DNA of 64,000 nucleotides, taken from the NCBI RefSeq assembly GCF_004010195.1, contig NC_057759.1:4737661-4801660 (forward strand), in the 5' to 3' direction. This document shows, one piece after another, positions 1-13,229 of the stretch. A program made the position numbers and the translations under genes. Every line of letters begins with the position of its first letter. Positions within the stretch are counted from its first letter, which is position 1. The notes under the pieces are model-generated. The model worked only from the letters and a program-made list of their open reading frames with translations. It did no database searches and was not told the origin of the DNA. This DNA is from Chiloscyllium plagiosum. Its lineage: Eukaryota.

Positions 1-300
1 CCAGTTTCCTGTTTACAGGCACCCTCCTTTGAGATTGATGCCATGTTCCTAACCTCCCTACACTCGAGGTGCTGCACCCTAAAGCTACAGTCTAGTTTCC
101 CATGCCCCTGCAGAGTTAGTTTAAACCCCCCCCCCCCGAGCACTAGCAAACCTCCCCCCAAGGATACTGGTGCCCCTCAGGTTCAGGTGTAGACCATCCT
201 GTTTATAGAGGTCCCACCTTCCCCAGAAAGAACCCCAGTTATCCAGATACCGGAATCCCTCCCTCCTGCACCATCCCTGTAGCCACGCATTTGAGTGTTG
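1..300 (-). mobile_element. CR1-type LINE fragment, ORF1 esterase (SGNH-like) C-terminal region
   Basis: ORF 121..309 reads WLQGWCRREGFRYLDNWGSFWGRWDLYKQDGLHLN, typical of the CR1 ORF1 esterase; homologous sequence also occurs at ~6880-7080. Confidence 0.85.
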
Positions 301-929
301 GGTTTTCACCTCGCATATGCTGTTGTCAGGAGAAACAATTAAATAGAGTGAGGAACATGCTGTTCATTTTCAGGCAGTTTATATTTTCTCCTTCTCTTAG
401 CTGAAAAATACAATAATTTAATTCGACCCAAAACTGGACAACGTGAGGTATCCTTGAAAAGTATTTGGATTGTATGACTCCATCCTGGTTCCCTCCTCGA
501 CGTTGGAGCAATTTATAATTTGAAAATATGCTTATGTGTGTTCTCCTAATTTTTGCACAATAAGTTCCTGACTTCGTCATGTCTGTGTTCAAAGGAAAAG
601 ATTGTTTTCTTAAAATTGAATCCTTAGTTCTGGTCTCCCATGCCCATGGAAAGGTCCATCATCTCTGCTATTGATAGACTGTGCTGAAGATCTTATATGG
701 TGCAATATGAAGAACCCACACTAACATATCTAAAGTTTTATGTCTTTGTAGTGGTTTTTTTAAAATCATGAGCGGGAGGATATAGTGAATAGAGACCATT
801 TCGCAGTGAGTGTGGTTTGTGTATGGAATGAGCTGCCAGAAGAAGTCGTGGAGGCTCGTCCAGTTGCAAAATTTAAAGCTATACATAAAGTCTGTAGTTG
901 ACCACACTTGCAGGCTTGCCCTCATCAAT

Positions 930-2560
930 AATCCTCGTCACCTCTTCAAACATTCGGTAGGTTTGTGAGACAAAATCATGCTGCCTGTCACTAACAAATC
1001 CATTTTTTTTCCAAATGTGCATGTACCTTGTCCCTCTGTATCTTCGCCAAGAGCTTCCCCATCACAGACGTCAGGATTGCCGGACTATAATTTTCTAGAT
1101 TATCCCTGCTTCCTTTTCTTAACGAAGAAAACAACGTTGGTTAATCTCCAATGCGCTTGAACCTTATCTGTAATCAATAAGGATGTGAAAAATACTGATA
1201 TTGCCCCAACTATTTCTTCCCTTGCCTCATGCAGCAACCTGGGATAGATCTTACCTTGTCCCGGGGACCTGTCTACCTTAATACAATTAAGGATACCAAA
1301 ACTTCTTCCTTCAATATATTGACATTCCCTAAAGTATTCAGTCATCCCTGACCTTAACATGAGTCATGTCATTCTCCTTAATGAATACTGATACAAAATA
1401 CTCATTAAGGATTTATCTCATTTCCCGTGGCTCCAAGCACAAGTTCCCTCCTTTGTCCTCAAGTGGGCCTATTCTTTCCTTGCTACGCCCTTTCTTCTAA
1501 TAATGTATTAAAACCCTAAGATTCTCTTTGACTCTGTCTGACAAAGGCATTTCATGGCCCCTTTTAGTCTTCCTAATTCCACATTTAAGTTCCTTCCTAA
1601 TTTCTCTATACTCCTCAAGAGCTTCCTCAGTTTGTAGCTGTCTCGACCTATCATATGCTTCCCCTTTTCTTTGGACTAAGATTACAATTTCCCTTGTTAT
1701 CCACAGTTCCTGGATCCTATTCCTATTCTTCAATTTTGCAGAGACGTTATTATCCTGCACTTTAGTGAACTGGTCTTCAAAAACATCCCACATGCCAGAT
1801 GCAGATGTACCCTCAAATGACTGCTCCTAATCCACATTCCCAAGTTCCAACCTAAAGTGGGTGTAATTTACACTTGCCCATGTAAGCACCCTCACACGAC
1901 CGCCACCCCTGTCCTTGTCCATGATCACTCAAAATCATTAGAAATATGGTCACTGAGCCAAAAATGCTCTCCTACTGAAACAATGATCAACCGTCCTGGC
2001 TCATTCCCTAATATCACGTCTAGTGTTGCCTCCTCGCTGTTTGGATTTTCAACGCACTGTCTAAAAAAGACCTCCTGGACATATCTAACAAATTGCTCTC
2101 CATCTGAGTCCCTGTCTCCGAAAAAATCCCAGTCAATAATAGGAAAGTTGAAATTACCTATCATAACTCAACTGCTTTTTTCACACCTGACCCGTACCTG
2201 TCTAGATATCTGCCCCTCTATCTCCCATGGGCTTTTGGGAGTTCGACAGAATACTCCCAACATTGTGACTTCAACCTTCTTATTCCTGAGATACACCCAT
2301 AATGCATCACTGTCAAATCCCTGCGAAGTGTCCTCCCTTAAAACAGCTTTGAAGTGATTCCTAATCAGCAATGCAATTCACCCGTATACGTGTTGTTCGT
2401 GCTTTCGTCCCAGCTGCCAGTCCTATCCCTAATTAACTAAGTCTCCGTAGCAGCAATAACATCATATTTCATGCAGTAATCTGTGCCCTTGGTTTACCTG
2501 TCTTACCTGGTATACATTTTGCGTTGAAGTAAACTCACTCTCGATATCCAGTCATTCTGA
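930..2560 (-). mobile_element. Decayed CR1 LINE ORF2 (AP endonuclease to start of RT)
   Basis: Broken ORFs with GNFNFPIIDW, ATLDVILGNE, SDH, KVDRSPG..IYPRLL and WRLTNVV motifs. Confidence 0.85.
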
Positions 2561-3769
2561 GCCCCATGATGTCCCTCTGCCTGCTTGACAGACAACATAA
2601 AATAGCCTGTACGTTTACAGACGGGGTAAAGAGGGACCTGGACATATATAGCAAAGATTATTGACGATGTTAGGACAAACGGGGACAGGAGTAAATATCA
2701 CAGAGTAGTTTCAGCGTCGGAACTGTCGACAGGAGGAGGTGTAGCAGGGTGGCTACATGAGTCCTTCCTGGGAGGTGGTCGAGATGATGTGTTGTGAGCC
2801 CACCCTCCTGCCCACCAAGACCACGGGGATTCCATTTTTACTGACTCATCACAACAGGGAAATGGCTTTAGGACCACGGCATTTAAATTGTACCAGTTAG
2901 AAACGGATTTGGCAGTCAGTTCAAAGTGAGAACTGCCCTTCACTGAACATTGCTCCTTGCTCGCTGGTGGGACATTGATGTTTCAAAATCTCCACACGTG
3001 TCATACCGGTCCTCCTACATGACCGGAGGATGTGGGTGAGGGAACGGATATTTGGCATTCCACCATCCGGCAAAGATACAAAATATTAACTTCACTTTTA
3101 ATCACAAACTCTACTTCCTTTCCAAGCATTTCAAACTCCTGAGTCACAAACATATAAGAAGGAACAAGTCTGTTCAGAACCTCAAGTCTACATTTTATCC
3201 AGCTCTGCCTCAGTGCTGTTGCTGAATTAATCATCATCGACCCTTTGTAAATTTCACTTTTTACATATCCAGTTGTCTTCTAACCATTCTTCCAGAGACA
3301 TCTCTTTTTTTTATCACAAACTTATTCTTTTTTCTACAGTTACTTCATAACATGGTCTCTATATCAGAGTAATAATGTCTCTGGACGGGTAATACAGTGA
3401 AACAGGTTGTGACTCAAAAGGCATAGCCTCATATTCTAACGCAGGCAATGACAGAACTTAAATTCGAATGATAAAAATTGGAATGAAACTTTATTTCCCT
3501 CGTGGCAGTCATAAAGCATCAGGAATTATTTTACTGAGGCCGATTCACACATGGCCTTTGGTAAAGAAACTTAACGGTTACTGGAGATGGGAAGAACTTC
3601 AGATGCTGAAAGTCAGAGTCAATAAATAGTGGAGCTGGAAGGCAGAGCAGGTCAGAGAGCATTGGAGGAGCAGCAAAAACGACGACGGCTCCTCATCGAA
3701 ACCGTTGACGTTTCTGCTACTCCAAAACGTCAAATCTATAGTCGTCCAACAATGTGGTTGAACAAAACC

Positions 3770-6700
3770 ATGGAACATAGAATCTTACAGCACAGTACAG
3801 GTGCTTCGGCCCTCAAAGTTTTGCCGATCTGTGAAACCAATCTAAAGCCCATCTAACCTACACTATTCCTTTACCACTCATATATTTTTCTAATTAACAG
3901 TTAAATGTCCTCAATGTCGACGTGTCCACGTCGGCTCTTCCACGACGTTATTATTCCCTGAGAACATAATCTACCTCGTATCTCCCTCCTCTACCTGTCA
4001 CCCACAATTTAAAGGTATGCTCTTTCTTGCTAGCCATCGCCATCTGTGTAAAAAGGCTCACACTGTCCACCCTATTTAATCGTCTGAAAATCTTGTACGC
4101 CTCTGTTATATCTTTTCTTAACATTAGTTTTTCTAAGGAAGCAGCCTCAAAACCCTCAGCCTTTCCTAATAAGGCGTTCTCTCCAAACCAGGCAACATCC
4201 TGGTACAGCTCTTCTGCACCCTTTCTATTGATTCGGCATGCTACCCAAATGTGGCGACCAGAGCTGTATGCAATGTTCCAAGTGCGGCCACAGCAGAGTT
4301 CTATATAGCTGCAACATTACCTCATAGCTCCAAAACTCAATCCGGCTACTAACACAAGCTAATCCACCAAACGCCTTCTTCACAAACCTGTCAACCTGCG
4401 TGGCAACTTTCAGGGATCTGTGGACATTAACACCGAAATCTCTCTGCTCATCTGCAATACAAAGAATCTTACCATTACCCCAGCACTCTGTATTTCTGTT
4501 CCCCCTTCTGAAATGAATCACCTCAATCTTTCTGCATTAAAGTCAATTAGCCCCCTCTCAGCCCAGCCCTGCAGTTTATCTGTGTTCCTTTGTAAATTGT
4601 AACATGCTTCCACACTGTCCCTTACTCCACCAAATGTTATGTCATCTGTAAGTTTAAAAGTCCATCCTTCTACGCCCTCATCCAGGTCATTTATAAAAAT
4701 GACAAACAGCAGTGAACCGAAAACACATCATTGCGGTACACCATTAGAATCTGAATTTCAGCATCCATCAACTACCACAGCCCGTCTTTTTACGCCTAAC
4801 CAATTTATGATCCAAATGGTCAAATCTCCATTAAAAACCATGCCTTCGCATTTTTTGCAAGATCCTACCGTGGGGAAACTGATCAAATATTTTACTGAAA
4901 CCCACATCAACTGGTTTACGCTCATCCACCTGTTTTGTCACCATTACTAAATTTTGTGAGGCATGACCAACCCTTCACAAGACCATCCTTATTCAAATTA
5001 TTCCTTTCTCGATGAGCATAAATCCTATCTCTTATAATGCTTTCTAAAACTTTGCCCATAACAGAAGAAAAGCTTACTGGTCTATAATTACCCGGGTTCT
5101 CTTTACTGTCCTTCTTGAATAAGGGGACAACATTTGTTATCTTCTAGTCTTCTGGCACTATTCCTGCAGACAGTGAAGGATGATGATCAAAACCAAAGGT
5201 TCTACAATCCCGTTCCGAGCTTCCCAGAGAATCATAGGATAAATCCCTTCCAGCCCAGGGACGTATCTATTTTCACACTTTCCAGGATTGCAAACACCTC
5301 CTTCTTATGAACCTCAATACTGTATAGTCCAGTAGCCTCTATCACAGTAATCTTTTCGATAATATTGTCTTTATATTGTCTAATACTGATAAAAATATTC
5401 TTTGACCGCCTGTCCAACACTTCGGTCTCCACGCACAACTTCCCACTACTGTCTTTGAATGTCCCTAATCTAACCCTGGTAATCCTTTTTATTCTTGACA
5501 CATCCACCGAAAGCTTTCGAGTTTTCCTTGATACTACCTACAAAAAAACTTTAATGTCCCCTCCTAGATCTTTTCGCTCTCTCTCTTTAGATCCTTCCTG
5601 GGATCTAAAGAGAGAGAGCGAACTGAGCCTTCACGTCTCATCTTTACATGAGCCTCCCTGACAAGAGAATCAACTTCTTCAGTAAACCATGGTTCCCTCG
5701 TTCGACCACTTCCTTCTTGCCTGACAGGTACATACTGATCAAGAACACGCAGTAGCTGTTCCTTGAACAAACTCCACACTGCGTATGTGCCCATTCCCTG
5801 CAGTTTCCTTTCGTATTCTATACAACCTAAGTCTTGCCTAATCGCATCATAATTGCCTTTCCCCCAGCTATAATTCTTGTCCTGCTATATATACCTATCC
5901 CTTCCCATTGCGAAATTAACTGTAACCGATTTGTGGTCACTGTCACCAAAGTGCTCACTTATCTCCAATTCTAACATCTGGCCTCGTTCATTATCCAGTA
6001 CCCCAATCCAATGCGGCCTCGTCTCTTGTTGGACCATTTGCATACTGTGTCAAGAAACACTCCTGCACACATTGCACAAAACTACTGGAACTGTAGCGTT
6101 TCCATTCAATATTTGGAAAGTTAAGATCCCCCACAACAACTGCACTGTAACTTTCGCTCAAATCCAGCATAATCTTTGCAATCTTATCTTGTACACCTCT
6201 GCAACTATTCGGAGGACTATAAAAAACTCCTAACAGCGTGGCCTCTCCTTTCTTGTTTCTAATCTCAGCCCATATTACCTCAGTAGATGACTCCCCTTAG
6301 AACATCCTTGCTGCCAATGTAAGACTGTTCTTTACAACAAATCCACATCTCCCCCTCCTTTACCACCCTCCCTGAACTTACTGAAACGCCTGAACTCCAG
6401 AACCTGCAACAACAATTCCTGTTCCTGCTCTACCCATGTCTTGACATGACCACAGCATCGAGGTACCAGGTACCAACCCATGCTGCAAGTTCTGTTACGG
6501 TGATGACTGCAGATGCTGGAGATCAGAATTGAGAGTATATTGCTGGAAAAACCCAGAAGGTCAGGCAGCATCCGAGAAGCAGGATAAATGACGTTTTAGG
6601 TCGGACCCCTTCACCAGAAATTCCTGATGAAGAGCTCCAGCCCGAAATATCCATTTTCCTGCTCCTCAGATGTTGTCTGACCTGCTGTGCTTTTCCAACA

Positions 6701-7790
6701 ACGCACTCTCCATGCTGCAAGTTCATCCACCATATTCCAGTTGCTCCTGGAATTGAAGTAGTCGCACTTAAAACCACCTTCCTGCCTGCTGGTATACTCC
6801 TGCGACGTTGAAACATTATTCCGGACTTCAAAACTCTTACTCTCCTGCACGTTGGAGCTACAACTCAGGAGCTCATCCCCTGCTGAATTAATGTTAACCC
6901 GATAAAGAGCAATAGCAAATTACTCCACCTCGCCCCAATGATATTGGTACCCCTCTGGTTCAAGGGTTTACCATCCTGTTTTTTTTTCAATGTCCCACCT
7001 ACCCCAGAATGTGCTCCAATTATCAAGGTATCTGAATCCCTCCCTCCTGCATCATCCCTGTAGCCACGTGTTTAACAGGTCTCTCTCTCCCTCTTCCATT
7101 TTCTCACTTGCACGTGGCATGTGTAACAAACAAGTGGTAACAATTATTTTTGTTCTAGCTCTATGCTTCCACGACAACTCACTGAATTCCTACCTTACAT
7201 CCCTATCCCTTTTCCTACCATATCGTTATTGCATATGTGGACCAAGACTTGGGGCTTCTTCCCCTCAAATTTAAGGATTCCAAAAACACGATCGGGGACA
7301 TCATGTACCCTCGCACCTGGGAGGCAACACAGCAACTGCAAATCGTTCTCGTTCCCACAGAATCTCCAGTTGTCCCCTAATTATGGACTCCTGCAATACC
7401 TAGTGCTCTACTCATCTTCCCCATTCCCTTGTAACAACAGAACAGACTGTGTGCCAGAGACCTGTACCTCATGGCTTATCCCAATAAGTCATCACCAGCA
7501 ACAATATCCAAAACGATACAACTGCTTCATCCCCGTTCGAACAGTCACCCAACTATTTGCATTTCTAGGAGTATTCACTTCGGAGTAGTTTCTTTCTAAA
7601 ACGGCCACTGCCACCCGAATGTTCCTGAGTTAATCCAGTTCCAGCTCCAGTTCCTGAACACGGTCTTCAAGGAGCTAGATTTCGGCGCACTTCCTACAGG
7701 TGTACCCGGCTAGGACACTAATGTTGTCGCCCACCTCAAACATCCAACAGGAAGAATATTGCACTGCCTGGGGTCCCATCCCTGCTAAGG
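3770..7790 (-). mobile_element. Near full-length decayed CR1 LINE (ORF1, endonuclease, RT, 3' end), interrupted by a Penelope hairpin
   Basis: ORFs 4225..4521 (LQLYRTLLWPHLEHCIQLWSP), 5232..5507 and 5564..5794 (EPWFTEEV); ORF1 esterase-like sequence at ~6900-7350. Confidence 0.85.
6493..6709. mobile_element. Short palindromic Penelope-derived insertion (family A) with 15-bp TSD
   Basis: Inverted arms centred at ~6620; perfect direct repeat CCATGCTGCAAGTTC at 6478-6492 and 6710-6724; CTGATGA...GAAA core at 6624-6647. Confidence 0.8.
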
Positions 7791-8454
7791 TCGTCTTATT
7801 GTCTTGTAAAAGAAAGCCTCGCGGTCAAGGGCAATTAGTGATGGACAACAAATGCTGCCTTTGCCAGTGAAGCTGACATCCCATGAAACAACAACATTAA
7901 CGGTGAAATAAACAAAGGATGTTTGGAGATCGAAAACAAAATTCTACAACATCTGAAAGTGTGTTAGAATATCAGCAGGTATGGCAGCCTCTGGAAGCAG
8001 AATAACTTTAAATTTACAAGTCCAATGACAGGTCGTCAGATGGAGAGAAAGAGCGAGAAAGAGAGGGAGATAGAAGCAAACACACAAAGGGATTGCAGGT
8101 AATGAACTGAAACAAAAATAAAATGGGAGTTTATTCTAACATTTCCCTTTTTTTCCATAATCCCGAATGCAAGGTCCGTTTTGTTATCTCCTTGTTTAAA
8201 GTGAGTTTTGTTCCCTCTGTCTCTATTTCTGAGTGTGCTAGCCAACTCCACCAGCAACACTGGTGCTGCCATTATCGCTGCTGAAATACAGAGAAAGGTA
8301 ACATTTCAATGTCGACTATATCTTTGCAGAGAGGAACTGTTATTGTGGGACAGTGCAGAGATGCAATGACAGAAGAGATACTGAGTAGAGGCAAGAATGT
8401 TCAATACTGAATACAGAAACCATGCTTGTAGGGATTTGATCTGGTCCTGTCATT

Positions 8455-9610
8455 GGAAAGTCAGTGGACATAGCGTGCAGAGTTCAGGAAAACTCCAAAA
8501 CATTTTATTCGTAGTTAAGGAGCAAAACGGTAACGAGGGAAAAGGGTTGGATCACTCGAGGACAAAGGAGGAAAGATAAACGTGGAGTCAGAGAAAATGG
8601 GTGAGTTTCTTAATGAGTACTTTTCATTCGTATTCACCGAAGGGAGGGACATGGTGGATATTCCAGTTAGGGATAGATCGCTCGTTATTCTAATTGAAGA
8701 CGACATAATGAGGGATAAGGTATTGTATATTCTAAAAGGCATTAAGGTGGACAAGTCAAAGACCGTATGGAATCTATCCAAGGTTACTAAGGAAAACGAG
8801 ATGGGAAGTAGTTGGGGCTTAAACAGGTATATTTGCAGTAGCCTTGAATATTGTAGAGATCCCAGAGGACTGGAGAATTGCTAATATTGTCCACTTGTTT
8901 TAGAAGGGTAGCAGTGATAATCCAGGTAATTACAGACCTGTGAGTCTGATGTCAATGATGGGTAAGCTACTGGAGAAGAAACTAAGTGATAGGATAAATA
9001 CCCATTTGGACGAAAATGGGCTTATCAGTGATAGAGAGCATGGTTGTATGCAAAGAAAGCCATGTCTTAAAAATCTATTAGAATTCTTTAATCAGGCGAA
9101 AATGTTTATTGATGAGTGAAGGAACGGAGATGTCATATACATGGACTTTAGTAATGTGTTAAATAAGGCTCCCCATGGTAGGTTGATGAAGAAGGTGAAG
9201 TCGCATGAAGTCCAGGGTGTTCTAGCCAGATGCATAGAGAACTGGTTGAGCAACAGGAGGCAGAGAATAGTAGTGGAAGGGAACTTCTTTAAAGTGGTGT
9301 CCCACAAGTGTCGTGCTGGGGCCACTGTTGTTTGTGATATACATATATGATTTGGAGGAAAGTGTACACTGCCACATTAGCAAGTTGACAGATGATATTT
9401 AGATTGGTGAAGTATCATACAGTAAAGAGGTTGTCAGAGAATACAGCAAAATATAGATAGTTTGGAGAGTTGTGTAGAGAAATGCCAGATGGATTTCAGT
9501 ATGGACAAATGCGAGGTGATGTATTTTGGAAGATGGAATTCAAGAGCGAAATTAACAGGAAATAGAAAAATCCTGGGGGAAATTGGTGTACCGAGACATG
9601 TTGTTTCAAA
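8455..9610 (+). mobile_element. Decayed CR1 LINE ORF2 (RT)
   Basis: LNEYFSFVFT, IKVDKS, MDFSNVLNKAPHGRL, IENWLSNRRQRIVVEG. Confidence 0.85.
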
Positions 9611-9929
9611 TATGAGGTAGTCACTGAGCTGTATCCCCTCATAAAGAATAACCTGTAGCCTCATACCAGGGGCAGGACTGTGCTGACTGCTCACCATGAA
9701 GTGAGCAGGATTGATTCTGGAACTTTGCAGGCAGGAATTAGTGGCATATTCATTATTTCTGAAGTGCAACTTTTTTATGGATTGACGAGCTGACAGTGCC
9801 TGCTGTGAGGAATATATTGGTTCCGTCTCTACAGAGGAAAGTACAGAAACTAACTTCCAGAAGTGTGAGTGTACAAGGTGACTGATGAAAACGAGAAACT
9901 GCAGGAAATTTGAAAATCTCATTGTATTG

Positions 9930-10960
9930 AATGCTACTAATTTTCTGTATCCGATGAGCTACATCCGAGAGTATCGAGGAGGTGGCAATAGAGCGAGTGA
10001 AAGAATTATGATAATTCTTCAAAGCTGGTTAGATTCTGGAATGGGTCCCGCAGACTGGAAAACAACTATTGTAAACCTAAATATTTAGAACAGGATGGAG
10101 AGCGAAAACAGAAAATGAAATAGTGTATAGCTTGATATCATCTGTGAGAAAAAATATCTTTGAACATTTTATAACGAATAATTAGACATGTGGAGAATAT
10201 TATACGATTTGGTAGCGTCTCCCTAGATTGAGAAATGGGCAATGAACTTTTATAAACCTGCTTGTGGAGGATGTCCGTTGTGACTTTGACAATTTAGACG
10301 CAGTGGGAATGGAGTACTTGAATTTTCGGAAGATTTTTGACATAGTTGTTTACAGGCGAGTGAAAAATGTTAGAGTCCATGGGTAGGTAGGGTGGAATTA
10401 TCCTACATGGGTTAAAAAATTGGGAAATGGGGAGAATAAAGAGATTAGTATTTTACTCCGGAGTGAAGGCTTGGGGGTATCACTAGGATCATTGCTTGGA
10501 AAATATTTGTTCGCAAGACATAAAAATGATTCAGATGTGGACAACAAATACTAAAGTTTTCATTTTATTTTTAAATTGTGAGAGGTGAGGAAGTGCTGTG
10601 TTGTAAAGGACTTGGGCGCCATTGGTCATAAGCCACTAACAGCATTATTATGGGGTTGCAAGTCATTCGGACTGTAAATGATACATGGCCCTTCATGAAA
10701 AATGACGAAAGTAGAAGAATTAATATATTTATACTAATGCTAGTGTTTTGTTGAGAGAGTATTGGGGCATTGTGTACAGGTTTGGTCTGCTACATAAATA
10801 AAGATCTCCTTGTCGCTGGGGCAATGCAAAGGAGTTTCACCTAACTTAACCTTGCCATGATGTTTCCACGAGGAGAGACTGAAGAAACAAAGTCGTTAAA
10901 CTGTAGTACTGTGAGGGAATAGGAAGTTGAAAGTTGCTGATTATAAATGGACACTCTGCA
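9930..10960 (+). mobile_element. Highly decayed CR1 RT remnant
   Basis: PADWKTTIV motif and collinear nucleotide similarity to the other CR1 RT copies. Confidence 0.6.
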
Positions 10961-11062
10961 CGTCCCAAACAGCCATTGAGTGTTTGAGAATTACATACTT
11001 TCTGTACAAAGTTAAAAATCACACAACACCGGGTTATAGTCCAACAGGTTTAATTTGAAGCA

Positions 11063-11097
11063 CTCTAGCTTTCGGACCGATGCTCCTTCATCAGGTG
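11063..11097 (-). ncRNA. Minimal type I hammerhead ribozyme motif
   Basis: Minus strand reads CAC-CUGAUGA-AGGAGCAUCGGUCC-GAAAGCUA-GAG. Confidence 0.65.
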
Positions 11098-12527
11098 GTA
11101 GTGGAGGGCTCAATCCTAACACACAGAACTTATAGCAAAAATTTACAGTGTAATGTAACTGAAATTATACATTGGAATATTGATTGTTAAGCCTTTCATC
11201 TGTTAGAATATAGTGATAGTTTCACTTCTTTCATGTGTAAATCACAAAACCGTTTTTTAAAAAAGTGCATTCTCGGGTTAGCTGTTAACAATGGTGATAG
11301 CTAGACAATATGTTGAAGGTGTTGGCCCCCTGTGTTCTCTGTCTATGCCATGATGTTTAGATTGATTCTAATCTAAAAAGTGAGATAACGGAGTTTTACA
11401 TAAATTCATGCAGTTTTTGAGCTCAGAGTTCTACATGAATGCATGCAGTTTTTGAGCAAAGTACAATGTAACCCTGCAAGTACAAATTCACCCCACAAAA
11501 TATATGTGTGCATGTGGGTCTTTGTCTGTCTGTGCGTGTGTCTGTCTGGGCTGGGGGTTGTGAGTGTGAGAAAGTGTATGCGTGTGTGTGTAGTGAGTTC
11601 AGAGTGTCTTAAGTCTGTGTGGGGTTGCATGTGTCTGTACGTTTGTGTGTATGTGGGTATAGGAGTACCTGTGTGTGTGAGTGTGTGTGTATAGTGTCTC
11701 TGTCTAGTGAAATGGTAGTGAACTGTAATGCGACATAAACCCAAGATCCCGGTTGAGGCCCTCCCTGTGAGTACCGAACTTAGCTATCAGCCTCTGCTCG
11801 GCCACTTTTCTCTGCTGCCTATCCCGAAGTCCACCTTGGAGAATGGTCACCCGAAAGTCCGAGGCTGAATGTCATGGACCACTGAACTGTTCCCCACCTG
11901 TGAGGGACACCTCCTGTCTGTTGATTGTTGTGTGGTGCCCATTCATCCGTTGTCGTAGCCTTTGCTCAGTTTCCCCAATGTACCATGCCTCCGGGCATCC
12001 TTGCCCGCAACGGGTAAGATAGACAACGTTGGCTAAGTCACATAGGTACCTGCCATGTATAAGGTGGGAGGTGTCCCCACGCGTAATAGTGGTTGGTATC
12101 TGTGTCCATACTCTGACACGTCTTGCAGCGCCTACCATGACAGGGTTGTATGGAGTTATCCTGTGAGCCGGACAGCTTGCTACGAACCACGAACTGCATG
12201 CATTCTTGTAGAACTCTGAGATCAAAAACTGCATGAATTTATGTAAAACTCCGTTATCTCACTTTTTAGATTAGAATCAATCTAAACATCATGGCATAGA
12301 CAGAGAACACAGAGGGGCAACACCTTCAACATATTGTCTAGCTATCACCATTGTTAACAGCTAACCCCAGGTTTTGTGATTTACACATGAAAGAAGTGAA
12401 GCTATCACTGTATTCTAACAGATGAAAGGCTTAACAGACAATCAATTTTTCAATGTATAATTTCAGTTACATTACACTGTAAATCTTTGCTATAAATTCT
12501 GAGTGTTAGGATTGAGCCCGCCACTAC

Positions 12528-12562
12528 CACCTGATGAAGGAGCGTCACTCCGAAAGCTAGCG
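12528..12562 (+). ncRNA. Minimal type I hammerhead ribozyme motif
   Basis: CAC-CUGAUGA-A-GGAG-CGUCA-CUCC-GAAAGCUA-GCG; intact core, stem II GGAG/CUCC. Confidence 0.7.
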
Positions 12563-13229
12563 TGCTTCCAATTGAACCTGTTGGACTATAACCTGGTGTC
12601 CTGTAATTTTTAACTTTGTACAGCCCAGTCCAACACCGACATCTCCAAATCATACTTTCGGTAGGATGCTTTCTTCCCGATAGTTTGCGTGCCTGTTCTG
12701 CGACCCCATGTCTATTGACAGAGAGGTACAGATCCTGAATGAACTCTGGACACATTTAATGTGCATTTACTGTGTGATGCTGCACTGATCGTTACATTGC
12801 ACAATATCTTCTCAGCAGCTACCATACCTTCATTCTGAAACAATTAATCATTTCCCATTAGCTTCTCACTTCCATCGAGAACATGGGTCTGTTCTCTCAG
12901 AGCTGAAAGACTTTGGGAGTAGTTTTTTTTTAAAAATTGGCTTCAAAGAAGAATATACTGAAGTAACATGTGTGCACTATGAGCAACGAAGTCACGCAGA
13001 TCAATTTGGCGCAGTGAGTCTATGCATTTTCTGCTCTATTTGTTTGTGATGTTGGAACATCTGCGACATCATCGTGTTTCTATGTTAGTGACTTGAGAAA
13101 CTGAATAACCTCCACCTGCCCCTTTGTAAGTAATTCTGGGTTTGAAATGATCTCTTTCTGATCCCGTGAAAGTGGCACGTGGGGCAGACCAGAGTCCTTG
13201 TTTTCCTGTATAACTGGCTGTCCCTCTTC

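Larger units (their letters stand above)
11003..12650 (-). mobile_element. 5'-truncated Penelope-like element (family B) with GIY-YIG remnant and inverted pseudo-LTRs
   Basis: ORF 11872..12234 has NVVYLTRC..CPEAWYIGETEQRLRQRMNGH (GIY-YIG); ~440-bp inverted arms at 11003-~11450 and ~12190-12622; flanking direct repeat CATACTTTC at 10994-11002 and 12651-12659. Confidence 0.9.

Noticed and set aside
2698..3237. Short minus-strand ORFs and a small hairpin (CCGGTC...GACCGG) in apparently unique DNA
   Set aside because: No recognisable domain or convincing splice signals
9882..9905. CTGATGA...GAAAC hammerhead-like match
   Set aside because: No stem II or stem I pairing and no Penelope context
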